NCBI GenBank assembly: GCA_963795085.1
Contig: CAWCFX010000002.1
Span: 192,001-256,000, forward strand
Source of the DNA: an uncultured Gemmatimonadales bacterium
Lineage (GTDB): Bacteria; Gemmatimonadota; Gemmatimonadetes; Gemmatimonadales; GWC2-71-9
Direction of reading: 5' to 3'
Length of the DNA stretch: 64,000 bases
The notes under the pieces were generated by a model. That model was not told where the DNA came from. It did not search any database and worked only from the letters and a program-made list of their open reading frames with translations. Below, in pieces: positions 27,498-38,332 of this stretch (positions are counted from its first letter, which is position 1; every line of letters starts with the position of its first letter). The position numbers and the translations under genes are program-made.

Positions 27498-28996
27498 ACG
27501 ATCTGGACCTGAGTACGCCGCTGGGCCTGACCCGGGCGCTGGCGCCCGAGATCCTGCTCACCCTGTGGTCGCTGCTGGTGCTGCTGGTCGTGGCCTGGCG
27601 CCACCGCACCGCGGCCGACAGCCGGCTGGCCGGCTGGCTGAGCTTCGCCGGGGTCGCGGCTACCGCCCTGGTGGTGGCCTGGATGTGGGCCACCACCAGG
27701 GGCAGCCCGGCCGTCCCCAACATGGTAGACGTGGACGCCTTCCGCTTCGCCACCTCGCTGCTCTTCCTGGCGTCCGCCGGCTTTACGATTCTCATCTCGC
27801 TGGGATACCTGGAACGGGAGGGACTGCTGGCCCCCGAGTACTACGTCCTGGTCCTGCTGGCCACGGTCGGCATGATGTTCATGGGCGGGGCGGTGGACCT
27901 GATCGTGATGTTCCTGGGCCTCGAGGTGATGTCGGTGGCGGTGTACGTGCTGGCCGGGTTCGACCGGGGCAGCCGCTTCAGCGCCGAAGCCGCGCTGAAG
28001 TATTTCCTGATCGGCGCCTTCGCCAGCGGATTTCTGCTCTACGGAATCGCCCTGGTTTACGGCGCCACCGGCCTGACCAACCTGGCGCTGATCGGGCCCG
28101 GCATGGGGCAGGGGGCGATGCCGCTGATGGCGAGCCTGGGACTGGGGCTGCTGCTCATCGGGTTCGCGTTCAAGGCCGCCGCCGTCCCCTTCCACATGTG
28201 GGCGCCCGACGTGTACGACGGGTCACCGACGCCGGTCGCCGGGTTCATGGCCACCGGCGTCAAGGCGGCCGCCTTTGCGGCCCTGACCCGCACCCTGCTG
28301 GTCGGGTTTCCGGCCGCGGCCATGCAATGGCAGCCGGTGATCGCGGTGCTCAGTATCGCGACCATGGTGGTCGGCAACCTGGTCGCCCTCGTCCAGCGCC
28401 CGCTCAAGCGTATGCTGGCGTACAGCTCGGTGGCCCACGCCGGCTATCTCCTCGCCGCGCTCTGGGCCGGTACCCGGTTCGCCGCGGCCACCGTGCTGGT
28501 GTACCTGGCCGCCTACACGCTGACCACCCTGGCCAGCTTCGCCATTCTCGCGGCGATCGGACGCAAGGGAGAACGGGACGTCACCCTCGACGACCTGGCC
28601 GGGCTGGGCCAGCGGCGTCCCTGGATGGCGGCGGCCCTGGCCATCTGCATGCTCTCCCTGCTGGGATTCCCCGGCACCATCGGTTTCATCGGGAAGTGGT
28701 ATATCCTGACCAGCCTGGTGCACGAGGGGCAGTGGATTCTTCCCGTCGTGCTGGTGGTGACCAGCGTGGTCTCCGCCGGCTACTACCTGCCGGTGATCAT
28801 GGCGATGTACATGCGGCCCGCCCCCAACGAGACCTGGCATGCCCACCGGGGGCTGGTGCCGCTGGCGTCGGCCGCGGTGGGTCTCTGCGTTGTCGGGATC
28901 CTGCTCTTCGGCGTCTGGCCCAACCAGTTCCTGGCCCTGGCCAACGCCACGGTGGAGAACCTGGGGCGAATGGTCCTCCCGATCGCCGCGCAGTAG
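27494..28996 (+). CDS. nuoN: NADH-quinone oxidoreductase subunit N
   Basis: 'EAALKYF', 'PFHMWAPDVY.GSP', 'KRMLAYSS'. Confidence 0.97.
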   Translation: MNDLDLSTPLGLTRALAPEILLTLWSLLVLLVVAWRHRTAADSRLAGWLSFAGVAATALVVAWMWATTRGSPAVPNMVDVDAFRFATSLLFLASAGFTILISLGYLEREGLLAPEYYVLVLLATVGMMFMGGAVDLIVMFLGLEVMSVAVYVLAGFDRGSRFSAEAALKYFLIGAFASGFLLYGIALVYGATGLTNLALIGPGMGQGAMPLMASLGLGLLLIGFAFKAAAVPFHMWAPDVYDGSPTPVAGFMATGVKAAAFAALTRTLLVGFPAAAMQWQPVIAVLSIATMVVGNLVALVQRPLKRMLAYSSVAHAGYLLAALWAGTRFAAATVLVYLAAYTLTTLASFAILAAIGRKGERDVTLDDLAGLGQRRPWMAAALAICMLSLLGFPGTIGFIGKWYILTSLVHEGQWILPVVLVVTSVVSAGYYLPVIMAMYMRPAPNETWHAHRGLVPLASAAVGLCVVGILLFGVWPNQFLALANATVENLGRMVLPIAAQ

Positions 28997-29009
28997 CCGC
29001 GCTCCCGCC

Positions 29010-30386
29010 ATGCACACGCCTCGCGCCATCTTTCGCCAGTACGACATCCGCGGCGTGGCCGGTACCGAGTTGACGGCCGAGCTGGCGCGGGCCGTGGGCC
29101 GCGCCTATGCCACCCTGGGCTGGGACAAGCTCGGCCGGGCCCCGGTGCTGGCGGTCGGCCGGGACAACCGCCCCAGCGGCACCGGGCTGGCCGAAGCGAT
29201 CCGGGCCGGCATCGCCGACACCGGGGCCACCGCGATCGACATCGGCGTGCTGCCGACGCCGGCGCTTTATCTCGGCGTCATCGCGCTGGGGACCGATGGG
29301 GGCCTGCAGGTCACCGGGTCCCACAACCCGCCCGAGTTCAACGGATTCAAGATGGTCCTGGACGGTGACTCGGTGCACGGCGAGGAGATCCAGGAGTTGT
29401 GGGAGATCATCACGGCCGAGCGATGGCGGGCGGGGACCGGTGCCATCGGCGCCGACGGCTCGGTCCTCCAGCGCTACCGGGAGGCGATCCTGGAGCGGCA
29501 CACGCTCGCCCGGCCGGTCCACGTGGTGGTGGACTGCGGCAACGGTGCCGGCAGCCTGGTCGCGGTGTCCACCCTGGAGGGCCTGGGCGCCCGGGTGACC
29601 CCGCTGTTCTGCGAGTCGGATGGCACCTTTCCCAACCACCATCCCGATCCCACGGTGCCGGCCAACCTGCGTGACCTGCAGGAGACGGTCCGCCGCACCG
29701 GCGCCGAACTGGGTATCGCGTTTGACGGTGATGCGGACCGGATCGGCGCCGTGGATGAAACCGGGCGCATCATCTACGGCGACCAGCTGCTGGTGCTGTA
29801 CGGCCGGGACGCGGTCCGCCGGTTCGGGCCCGGGATCCCGGTGATCTTCGACGTCAAATGCTCCGAGGTGCTCGCCACCGCCCTCGCCGAGAGCGGGGCG
29901 GTGCCGCTGATGTGGAAGACCGGGCATTCGCTCATCAAGGCCAAGATGAAAGCGATGGGCGCCCCCCTGGCGGGCGAGATGAGCGGCCACATGTTCTTCG
30001 GGGGGGACTACTTCGGGTTCGACGATGCGCTCTTCGGTGCCGCCCGGCTGCTGGAGATCGTCTCCCGCGGCCCCGGAGGCCTGAGCCGGTTCCTCGCCGA
30101 CCTGCCGGAGACCTTTACGACCCCGGAGATCCGGGTGGACTGCGGCGACGAGCGCAAGTTCGCGCTGGTCGAGCGGGCCGCGGCGCATTTCGCCGCCCGC
30201 TACCCGGTGAACGCCATCGACGGGGTGCGGATGACGTTTCCGCAGGGCTGGGGTCTGATCCGGTCCTCCAATACCCAGCCGATCCTGGTGCTCCGCTTCG
30301 AGGCCGGGAGCCCGGAGGCGCTGGCGGCATACCAGGCTGAAGTCCGGGCCTACCTGGCCGCCGAGGGGCTGGCTTCGGACTGGTAG
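29010..30386 (+). CDS. Phosphomannomutase/phosphoglucomutase
   Basis: 'FRQYDIRG', 'TGSHNP', 'FDGDADR', 'GEMSGH'. Confidence 0.95.
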   Translation: MHTPRAIFRQYDIRGVAGTELTAELARAVGRAYATLGWDKLGRAPVLAVGRDNRPSGTGLAEAIRAGIADTGATAIDIGVLPTPALYLGVIALGTDGGLQVTGSHNPPEFNGFKMVLDGDSVHGEEIQELWEIITAERWRAGTGAIGADGSVLQRYREAILERHTLARPVHVVVDCGNGAGSLVAVSTLEGLGARVTPLFCESDGTFPNHHPDPTVPANLRDLQETVRRTGAELGIAFDGDADRIGAVDETGRIIYGDQLLVLYGRDAVRRFGPGIPVIFDVKCSEVLATALAESGAVPLMWKTGHSLIKAKMKAMGAPLAGEMSGHMFFGGDYFGFDDALFGAARLLEIVSRGPGGLSRFLADLPETFTTPEIRVDCGDERKFALVERAAAHFAARYPVNAIDGVRMTFPQGWGLIRSSNTQPILVLRFEAGSPEALAAYQAEVRAYLAAEGLASDW

Positions 30387-30408
30387 CCTTCTCAGGTGAA
30401 AGGTGACA

Positions 30409-32841
30409 ATGTCGCGCCGTGGACGCGTGGCGGCGTTGATCGTCCTCGCCGTCGTCGCATTCCTCTTCATCGGCCGTTGGGCCACCCTGGTCATCGCCGA
30501 GCGCTGGTGGGCGGAGACCATTTCGCCGGCGGCGGGACGGTTCGCCGGTGAAGTGCAGGCGCTTCGCCTGCTGCTCGACCTTGCCGGCATCCTGGCCGCC
30601 ACCGCCTGGTTCACCGGCAACCTGTACATCGTGTACCGGACGATCGGGTCGGTGCACGTCTCCCGCCGGGTGGCCAACCTCGAAATCAATGAAGCGCTGA
30701 CGTCCCGGGCCCTCCTCACCGGTACGATCGCCGGGGGCGTGCTCCTCGGCGTGCTGACCGGCCTGGGGACCTCGCGATGGTGGCACAGTGTCGTGCTGGC
30801 GGTGCATGGCGTGTCGTACGGGACCCTGGATCCCGTCCTGGGCAAGGACCTGGGACTGTACGTCGCCCAGCTGCCCCTCTGGCGCCGGGCCCATGGCGCC
30901 GCGCTGCTGCTGGTGCTGCTGGCCCTGGGGACCTGCTTCCTGCTGTACCTGCTGGTGGGCGCGGTCCGCTGGTCGGCCCGCCGTCCCGCCGTCAGCGACC
31001 ACGCGAGACGGCACCTGGGCTGGCTGCTGGCCGCACTGGCCCTGGCCCTCGCCTGGGGCTACTGGCTGGAGCCCTACGAAGCCGTCGCGGGGATCGACGC
31101 CAGCCTGCGGCTCGATATCGCGGCGTTTTCCGCGGTTGTCGCGAATGCCCTCACCGGGGTCGCGCTGGCCGCGGCCCTCGTCTCGGCGGCGTGGGCGCTG
31201 CGGCCTCGGCACCTGCTGATGACCATGGCCTGGCTGATCCTCGCGTTCTCCTCGATCGTCGGCCATCATGTCCTTCCCGCATTCGCCAGCGTGCGGGAGC
31301 GAGCCATCGGATACCGCGAGGATACCGTCATCCGGCTGGAACGCACCGCGTTTGGGCTGGCTCGAATGGAGGAAGCGGAGCGCTATTCCGGTGACGCGGT
31401 CCGCCGGCCGCCGGCCCCGGTTTCCCTGTGGAGCCCGGAACAGGTAGAGCGGATCGGCGAGGGCGATTCCTCCCGTGTCGTGGCGATCAACCAGTCGGTG
31501 CTTCGGGTGCGGGGACGGAGGCTGCCGGTCTGGATCACGGTGCGATCCGTGCCGGGCGACACCACGGTCGTCAACGCCTACGCGGATGACCGGGTTGCCC
31601 CTTCCGGCGGCCCCCTGTCCTTCCGGTCCCAGGACACCCTCGCCTACCCGGGCACGGTGCGGCTTCTCTCCCTGCCGGCCGCGGCGATCCGGCCGCAGGC
31701 GCCGGAGTTCGTCGTCAACCAGGATTCGGCGGGCGTACCGGCCGGACGCCTGGGGCGCCGGGTGGTCCTGGCCTGGGCGCGGCAGGCGGGCGCCCTGCTG
31801 GCCCCGGTCCCCGCCGGCGCCCACCTGGCCTGGCATCTCGACCCCCTCGGCCGCCTGCAGGCGATAGCGCCCCATGTGGCCTGGGGCCAGCCGACGGCCC
31901 ACGTGGTCGGCGACCAGCTGGTATGGATTTCGGACGGCTACGTGGCCTCGGCGACTTTCCCGGTCGTGGAACGGGTGCCGTGGCGGGACCGGAACATCGG
32001 CGCGCTCGACGTTCCCTTTCTCGCCACCATCAACGGGGAAAGCGGCGAGACCCGGATCTACCGGCGGCAGTCGGCCTCGCCGCTCGGGCGCGCCTGGCAG
32101 GAGATCACCGGCGCCATGGCGCTACCCTGGACGGACCTGCCACCGGAAATCCTGGCCGTGCTCGTGTACCCCGATGAACTATTCCAGGTGACCTCGCGGG
32201 TGCTGGAGCGGCCGCACTGGCTGGGAGGCCGGCAGGCCGGACGGCCCGGTTTCGATCCGGTCTTCTCCCTGATGCCCACGGCCTGGCGGCGGGCGGACAC
32301 GACCCTGGTGCAGGTGGCGGTCTTCGAGGCAACCGCGGGCCGGGGGGTGACGGCGGTCCTCACCGGATATCGCGGCGGCCCCGAGCCCCGGCTGGTGCTG
32401 CGCCGCATTGACGAAACCGAAGCATTCGGTTCCCCCCGCGCCCTCGACCGAAACTGGAAGCGGTTCGCCACCTTCGAGCAGCTCCGGGATTCGCTTCGAT
32501 CGGTCAACGCGGACGCCGAGCCATCCTCCATCCGGGTGTGGGTGGAGCGGCATGGGCTGGGTGCCTACCAGGTGATCTACGGGGTGGGGCCGGAGCGGCA
32601 GCGGTCGGTCGCCTGGGTCAACATCGCGGCGCGGGACAGCCTGGGCGCGGGGCGCACCGTGGTCGAGGCGTGGGAGAACCTGCTGGGTGAATCGGCCCCG
32701 CTGCTCTCCGGCGGCTTCACCGGCCGGCTGGGAGAGGCGCGGCAATGGATGGCCATCGCCGATTCGGCGTTCAAGCGGGGGGACTGGAGTGCGTTCGGAC
32801 GGGCGTTCGAGGCCCTGCGTGAGGTGCTGAAGCCGGAGTAG
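30409..32841 (+). CDS. UPF0182 family membrane protein
   Basis: Multiple N-terminal TM segments, 'DPVLGKDLGLYV..LP', 'WISDGY', C-terminal 'GDWSAFG'. Confidence 0.85.
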   Translation: MSRRGRVAALIVLAVVAFLFIGRWATLVIAERWWAETISPAAGRFAGEVQALRLLLDLAGILAATAWFTGNLYIVYRTIGSVHVSRRVANLEINEALTSRALLTGTIAGGVLLGVLTGLGTSRWWHSVVLAVHGVSYGTLDPVLGKDLGLYVAQLPLWRRAHGAALLLVLLALGTCFLLYLLVGAVRWSARRPAVSDHARRHLGWLLAALALALAWGYWLEPYEAVAGIDASLRLDIAAFSAVVANALTGVALAAALVSAAWALRPRHLLMTMAWLILAFSSIVGHHVLPAFASVRERAIGYREDTVIRLERTAFGLARMEEAERYSGDAVRRPPAPVSLWSPEQVERIGEGDSSRVVAINQSVLRVRGRRLPVWITVRSVPGDTTVVNAYADDRVAPSGGPLSFRSQDTLAYPGTVRLLSLPAAAIRPQAPEFVVNQDSAGVPAGRLGRRVVLAWARQAGALLAPVPAGAHLAWHLDPLGRLQAIAPHVAWGQPTAHVVGDQLVWISDGYVASATFPVVERVPWRDRNIGALDVPFLATINGESGETRIYRRQSASPLGRAWQEITGAMALPWTDLPPEILAVLVYPDELFQVTSRVLERPHWLGGRQAGRPGFDPVFSLMPTAWRRADTTLVQVAVFEATAGRGVTAVLTGYRGGPEPRLVLRRIDETEAFGSPRALDRNWKRFATFEQLRDSLRSVNADAEPSSIRVWVERHGLGAYQVIYGVGPERQRSVAWVNIAARDSLGAGRTVVEAWENLLGESAPLLSGGFTGRLGEARQWMAIADSAFKRGDWSAFGRAFEALREVLKPE

Positions 32842-32950
32842 CACGTCCACCGGGAAGCCCGGCAAGGTGGGGAGGCGTGGGTGCCCACTGGTCGGGGCAC
32901 CGGTGAGTCCACTACCTTGCTGGCCCGTTGACCTGAACCGTCAGGCTTGC

Positions 32951-33886
32951 ATGCGAACCGCGGTGATTGCCCTGGGTGGAAACGCGCTGGCCCTGGCCGG
33001 TGAGCCGGCAACGATCACCAATCAGTTCCGGCACACCCGTTCGAGCCTTGCGCCGATCGTGGAACTGGCCCGCGGCGGGTGGGCGATTGCGCTGGTCCAT
33101 GGCAATGGCCCCCAGGTGGGCGACGAGTTGACCCGGAACGAACTGGCAACCGGGGTGGTCGAGCCGCTCCCGCTGGGCGTCCTGGTGGCCTCTACCGCCG
33201 GATGGATCGGCTACATGATCCAGCAGTCACTGCAGAATGCGCTCGCCCGGGCCGGCATCGAGCGCGAGGTCATCACCGTGGTGACCCAGACCATCGTGGA
33301 TCCCGGCGACCCCGCGCTGCGCACCGCGACCAAGCCCATCGGCCATTCCATCCCCGCTGGGCGGCTCGATCGGCTGCAAGCGTCAGGCGCAGCGGTGGGG
33401 AAGGATGGACGCGGCAACTGGAGACGGATGGCGTCGAGCCCGCTGCCGCTGGCGATCGCGGAGGCGGCGCTGGTCAAGCGCCTGGTGCATGACGGGGTCA
33501 TCGTGGTCGCGGGCGGCGGCGGTGGGCCCCCCGTCTATCGCGATCCGCTACTCGGCCTGGAGGGGATCGACGCGGTGGTGGACAAGGATCGGCTGGCCTC
33601 GGTGCTGGCCGGGGCACTCTCCGCCGACGTTCTGATGATCCTCACTGATGTGGACGGAGTGTACCTTGACTATGGCAAGCCGGGGGCCCGCCGGCTGGAT
33701 CGGCTTACCCTGGAGGAGGCGCAAGGCCTGCTCCAGGGCGGCGATCTGGGCAAGGGCAGCATGGAGCCCAAGCTGGAGGCGGCCGCGGCATTCGTAAGGG
33801 GTGGCGGTTCCCGGGCGGTCATCGCCCAGCTGTCCGATGGTCTGGCGGCGCTGGAGGGGCGGGCCGGCACCACGGTGGTCCCCTAG
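32951..33886 (+). CDS. arcC: Carbamate kinase
   Basis: 'ALGGNAL', 'HGNGPQVG', 'TKPIG', 'VDKD', 'GSMEPK'. Confidence 0.93.
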   Translation: MRTAVIALGGNALALAGEPATITNQFRHTRSSLAPIVELARGGWAIALVHGNGPQVGDELTRNELATGVVEPLPLGVLVASTAGWIGYMIQQSLQNALARAGIEREVITVVTQTIVDPGDPALRTATKPIGHSIPAGRLDRLQASGAAVGKDGRGNWRRMASSPLPLAIAEAALVKRLVHDGVIVVAGGGGGPPVYRDPLLGLEGIDAVVDKDRLASVLAGALSADVLMILTDVDGVYLDYGKPGARRLDRLTLEEAQGLLQGGDLGKGSMEPKLEAAAAFVRGGGSRAVIAQLSDGLAALEGRAGTTVVP

Positions 33887-33934
33887 GGCGGAGTGCCGAG
33901 GGCTGATGTTTTTGGACCCAATCAAGGAGTCAGC

Positions 33935-35074
33935 GTGAATCTTCACGAGTACCAGGGACGGGCGCTGTTCCGCGCGGCGGGTATCCCGATGCCGGACGGC
34001 GATGTGGCGGCGACCCCCAAGGAGGCGGAGAGTATCGCCCGGCGAATCGGCGCTCCGGTGGTCATCAAGGCCCAGGTCCACGCCGGCGGGCGGGGCAAGG
34101 CCGGCGGCGTCAAGGTCGTCACCGATATCACCGAGGTGGAGGATGTGGCGGCCCGGATCCTGGGTCTGAGCATCAAGGGGTTGCCGGTCCAGAAGGTCCT
34201 GGTGGTTCCGGCGGCCGACATCAAGAGCGAGGCCTACGTCGGCCTCATCATGGACCGGGATACCCAGCGCCCGGTCTTCATGGTCAGCTCGGCCGGCGGC
34301 ATCGACATCGAGGAGGTAGCGGCCAGGACGCCGGAAAAGATCACCCGGCTGGCGGTGGATCCGCGCTACGGGCTGCTTCCCCACGAGGCCCAGACCCTGG
34401 CATTCGGCCTCTACCAGGATATCGGGCAGGTGCGGGCCGCCGCGCGGATCATGGAGCAGCTTTACCAGGTCTTCACCGCCAACGGATGCACCCTGGCCGA
34501 GATCAATCCGCTGGTGACGACCCCGGAGGGGAAGATCATCGCGCTCGACGCCAAGGTCTCGATCGACGATAACGAGCTGGACCGGCGCCCCGACCTGGCC
34601 GGGCTCCGGGACGAGTCGGCGGAAGAGCCCAGCGAGGTGATCGCGCGCAAGGCGAACCTGACGTTCATCAAGCTGAACGGCAACGTGGGATGCGTGGTCA
34701 ACGGGGCCGGCCTGGCGATGGCCACCATGGACCTGGTCAAGTACTACGGCGGCGAACCCGCCAACTTCCTGGATATCGGGGGCAGTTCCAATCCCGAAAA
34801 GGTGGTGAGCGCGCTCAAGATCATCACCTCCGACCCCAGCGTGAAGGCCATCCTGTTCAATATCTTCGGCGGGATCACCCGGACCGACGATGTCGCCAAC
34901 GGCATCGTGACGGCCCTCAACCAGTTCAAGGTCACGGTCCCCATCGTGGTGCGGCTGACCGGCACCAACGAGGCCGAGGCGTTCCAGATCCTCAAGGGCA
35001 TCGGCATGACGGCGCTCTCCGACATGGACGAAGCGGTCCAGCAGGTCGTCAAACTGGTGAAGGAGGCGGCGTGA
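33935..35074 (+). CDS. sucC: Succinyl-CoA synthetase beta subunit
   Basis: 'NLHEYQ', '[14 protein letters not shown]', '[11 protein letters not shown]'. Confidence 0.97.
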   Translation: MNLHEYQGRALFRAAGIPMPDGDVAATPKEAESIARRIGAPVVIKAQVHAGGRGKAGGVKVVTDITEVEDVAARILGLSIKGLPVQKVLVVPAADIKSEAYVGLIMDRDTQRPVFMVSSAGGIDIEEVAARTPEKITRLAVDPRYGLLPHEAQTLAFGLYQDIGQVRAAARIMEQLYQVFTANGCTLAEINPLVTTPEGKIIALDAKVSIDDNELDRRPDLAGLRDESAEEPSEVIARKANLTFIKLNGNVGCVVNGAGLAMATMDLVKYYGGEPANFLDIGGSSNPEKVVSALKIITSDPSVKAILFNIFGGITRTDDVANGIVTALNQFKVTVPIVVRLTGTNEAEAFQILKGIGMTALSDMDEAVQQVVKLVKEAA

Positions 35075-35955
35075 GCATTTTCATCGGCAGGAACACCAGG
35101 CTGGTGGTGCAGGGCATCACCGGCCGGGACGGCAGCTTTCACGCCAGGCAAATGATGGCGTACGGCACCCGGGTCGTGGCGGGGGTGACCCCCGGCAAGG
35201 GCGGCCAGACCTTCGAAGGCACCGTTCCGGTCTTCAATACCATGGCGGACGCGGTCCGCGAGACCGGGGCCGACACCTCGGTCATCTACGTGCCCGCGGC
35301 CGTAGCGGCGGGCGCCATCTACGAGGCGGCCGATGCCGGCATCGGGCTCATCGTGTGCATTACCGAAGGGGTCCCCACCATGGACATGACCCGGGTGATG
35401 CCGTTCATCCGGGAGAAGGGGGCCCGGCTGCTGGGGCCCAACTGTCCCGGGCTGATTACGCCGGGCGAAAGCAAGGTGGGGATCATCCCGGGCAATATCT
35501 GCATGCCGGGCCGGATCGGGCTGGTGTCCCGGAGCGGCACGCTGACCTACGAGGTCGTCAACCAGCTGACCCGGGCCGGTATCGGGCAGAGTACCTGCGT
35601 CGGCATCGGCGGCGACCCCATCATCGGCACCAACTTCATCGACTGCCTGCGCGCGTTCCAGGATGACCCAGACACCGACGCGATCGTGATGATGGGAGAG
35701 ATCGGCGGCACCGATGAGCAGCGCGCCGCCGAATTCGTCACCCGGCAGGTCACCAAGCCGGTGATCGGGTTCATTGCCGGACAGACCGCGCCGCCGGGCC
35801 GCCGGATGGGGCATGCCGGCGCCATCATTTCCGGATCGGCGGGGACCGCCGCCGAGAAGATGGCCGCGTTCGAAGCCGCGGGCATCGCGGTCATGAAACG
35901 GCCGGTGGACGTGGTGCCGCTGCTGAAAGCGAATCTCGAGAAACGCAGGACCTAG
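35071..35955 (+). CDS. sucD: Succinyl-CoA synthetase alpha subunit
   Basis: 'VQGITG', 'GPNCPG', 'RMGHAGA'. Confidence 0.97.
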   Translation: MSIFIGRNTRLVVQGITGRDGSFHARQMMAYGTRVVAGVTPGKGGQTFEGTVPVFNTMADAVRETGADTSVIYVPAAVAAGAIYEAADAGIGLIVCITEGVPTMDMTRVMPFIREKGARLLGPNCPGLITPGESKVGIIPGNICMPGRIGLVSRSGTLTYEVVNQLTRAGIGQSTCVGIGGDPIIGTNFIDCLRAFQDDPDTDAIVMMGEIGGTDEQRAAEFVTRQVTKPVIGFIAGQTAPPGRRMGHAGAIISGSAGTAAEKMAAFEAAGIAVMKRPVDVVPLLKANLEKRRT

Positions 35956-36026
35956 CAGAAAACCGGCGAAAGGGGACGCTGACGCGCCTGCTCGCCGACG
36001 ATTCACGCCAATTCACGGAGTATTCA

Positions 36027-36461
36027 GTGACGTCGCAGACCTTGGGAATCATCAAACCGGATGCCGTGGCCTCCGGGAAGGCCGGGCTCATCCTGGCCCA
36101 CCTGGAGAAGGCTGGATTCACGGTGCGGGCGGCGCGGCTGGTCCGGCTCAGCCGGGCCCAGGCCGAGGCGTTCTACGAGGTGCACCGGGGCCGGCCGTTC
36201 TACGGGGAACTGGTGGAGTTCATGTCCAGCGGGCCCTGTATGCCCCTGGCGCTCGAACTGCCCGGTTCCGATGCCGTTGCCCGGATGCGGGCCGCGATCG
36301 GAGCCACCGACCCGGCCGAGGCCGAGGCGGGGACCATCCGGAAGCTGTACGCGGAGTCCAAGGGCCGTAACGCCATTCACGCCAGCGACAGCGACGAGAA
36401 CGCCCGGCGGGAGATCGGCTTCTATTTCAGCGAGAGCGAGCTGGCGGGCCTCTGGACTTGA
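36027..36461 (+). CDS. ndk: Nucleoside diphosphate kinase
   Basis: 'IIKPDAV', 'NAIHASDS'. Confidence 0.97.
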   Translation: MTSQTLGIIKPDAVASGKAGLILAHLEKAGFTVRAARLVRLSRAQAEAFYEVHRGRPFYGELVEFMSSGPCMPLALELPGSDAVARMRAAIGATDPAEAEAGTIRKLYAESKGRNAIHASDSDENARREIGFYFSESELAGLWT

Positions 36462-36627
36462 CGACATTGGAGGTCTTGAGGAACGCTGGGGAAACGATGG
36501 TATGGATGAGGTGGAACTGACCCTCCTTCCGTGCCCTCAATTGCCTCATTTCGCTCAATTCTTTCATTTCCATCGCTCCCCCCGCCCGCCTTGCTCTAAG
36601 TCTAGGCGTTGGTTAGGTTTGCCCCCT

Positions 36628-37080
36628 ATGTTTGAAGTCGACATTCGGGAGCTGCACCGGGGGCCGGTCGAGACCGTGGGGACGCTGGCCCCGGACGACC
36701 CCGTCTTTGCGGGGTTGGATATCGGGTTGGCGGGTCCGCTGGCGGTCGACGGCCAGTTGCAGGAAACCTCGGACGGCGAGTACTTGTGGCGGGCCACGCT
36801 CTCCGGCTCCGTGCGGAACGAGTGCAGCCGGTGCCTGGCCCCGGTCACCAGCCCGCTGGATATCGACATCAGCGTCATGTTCAGTGCCGACCCCGAGGCG
36901 GCGGATGATCCCAGCGTGTACCCGCTGGCGGAGAGCAGCCGATCCGTGGATATTCGCCCGGCGGTGCGGGAAGAGCTGGCGCTGGTCGCGCCGGGGTTTC
37001 CGCTCTGCCGGGAAGAGTGTGCCGGGCTCTGCCCCAAATGCGGGGCGGACCTGAACGCAGGACCCTGTTCCTGCACCTAA
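36628..37080 (+). CDS. yceD: YceD/DUF177 family protein
   Basis: 'CSRCL', 'C.EECAGLCPKCG.DLN..C.C'; upstream of rpmF. Confidence 0.9.
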   Translation: MFEVDIRELHRGPVETVGTLAPDDPVFAGLDIGLAGPLAVDGQLQETSDGEYLWRATLSGSVRNECSRCLAPVTSPLDIDISVMFSADPEAADDPSVYPLAESSRSVDIRPAVREELALVAPGFPLCREECAGLCPKCGADLNAGPCSCT

Positions 37081-37133
37081 CCAGTCCCGCCGCCCTCCCG
37101 GGCGGTGGGAGCGAACGCGAAGACGAGGTTTCC

Positions 37134-37316
37134 ATGGCAGTTCCCAAGAGGCGGACGTCGAAGGCGCGCAAGCGCTCGCGCCGCAGCCACCACTCCGCCG
37201 CCGGGATGGCGACGCAGCCGTGTCCCCGGTGTTCCTCCCCCAAACTCCCGCACCGGGTGTGCGACACCTGCGGGTACTATCGGGGCAAGAAGCTGGTCGA
37301 GGTCGAGGACGCCTGA
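37134..37316 (+). CDS. rpmF: 50S ribosomal protein L32 (zinc-binding form)
   Basis: 'MAVPKRRTSK', CxxC...HRVCxxCGYY. Confidence 0.97.
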   Translation: MAVPKRRTSKARKRSRRSHHSAAGMATQPCPRCSSPKLPHRVCDTCGYYRGKKLVEVEDA

Positions 37317-37318
37317 GG

Positions 37319-38332
37319 GTGATCCGCGTCGCCCTGGACGCCATGGGTGGTGACAACGCCCCCGCCGTGGAAATCGACGGGGCCATGCTGGCCATGAACG
37401 AACTGCCGCCCACCTTTGTCGTCCAGCTGGTGGGGAAGTCCGACGCCATCGAGGCCGAACTGGCGAGATATCCCGGGGTGGACCGAGGCCGCATCGAGAT
37501 TCACGAGGCGCCTGAAGTCATCGGCATGAGCGAGAAACCGCTGAGCGCCATCCGGCAGAAGCGGAAATCCAGCATCGTGATCGGGCTCGGCCTCCAGAAA
37601 GGCGGCCACTCCGACGCGTTCGTGTCGGCCGGCAATACCGGGGCGGTGCTCGCCGCCGGCACCGTCCTGCTGGGGCTGCACGACGGGGTGGAACGCGCCA
37701 CCGTGGCGACCATGTTTCCAACCGCCGACCGGCCCGCGCTGGTCCTCGATGCCGGCGCCAACGTGGACTGTTCGCCGCGGGAGCTGGTCTGCTTCGCACA
37801 CCTGGGCACCGTGTACGTCCGGGACCTCATGGGGCAGCCCAAGCCGGTGGTGGGCCTGCTCAACATCGGCGAGGAAGACGAAAAAGGAAACGCGATCGTC
37901 AAGGAAGCCCACCAGCTGCTCAAGCAGGATGCCCGGCTCAACTACATCGGTAACATCGAGGGGCGTGACATCCTGGTCGGCCACGCCAGGCACGGGCCCG
38001 TGGATGTCATCGTCACCGACGGCTTCGTCGGGAACATCGTGCTCAAGTTCTACGAGTCGGTGGCCCGGATGATTCTCCGGCTGGTCAAGCGGGATGCGCC
38101 GGAAGTCCTCGAGCGCGCCGACATCCGGAAGGTATTCAAGGTCCTCGACTACGCGGAGTACGGGGGGGCGCCGCTCCTCGGCGTCCAGGGGGTCTGCATT
38201 ATCTGCCATGGCAGCTCGACCGCCAGCGCCATCAAGAATGCCATCCGGGTCGCGGTGCAGTCGGTCGAGGCCGGTCTTTCCCAGCATATCGGCGCCGAGT
38301 TCGCCGACCGGGAGGCCGCCAGCTCCGCATGA
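37319..38332 (+). CDS. plsX: Phosphate acyltransferase PlsX
   Basis: 'ALDAMGGD.AP', 'SAGNTG', 'DGFVGN'. Confidence 0.96.
   Translation: MIRVALDAMGGDNAPAVEIDGAMLAMNELPPTFVVQLVGKSDAIEAELARYPGVDRGRIEIHEAPEVIGMSEKPLSAIRQKRKSSIVIGLGLQKGGHSDAFVSAGNTGAVLAAGTVLLGLHDGVERATVATMFPTADRPALVLDAGANVDCSPRELVCFAHLGTVYVRDLMGQPKPVVGLLNIGEEDEKGNAIVKEAHQLLKQDARLNYIGNIEGRDILVGHARHGPVDVIVTDGFVGNIVLKFYESVARMILRLVKRDAPEVLERADIRKVFKVLDYAEYGGAPLLGVQGVCIICHGSSTASAIKNAIRVAVQSVEAGLSQHIGAEFADREAASSA

Noticed and set aside
32951..33886. Arginine deiminase pathway operon
   Set aside because: Only carbamate kinase is present; no arcA, arcB or arcD nearby.
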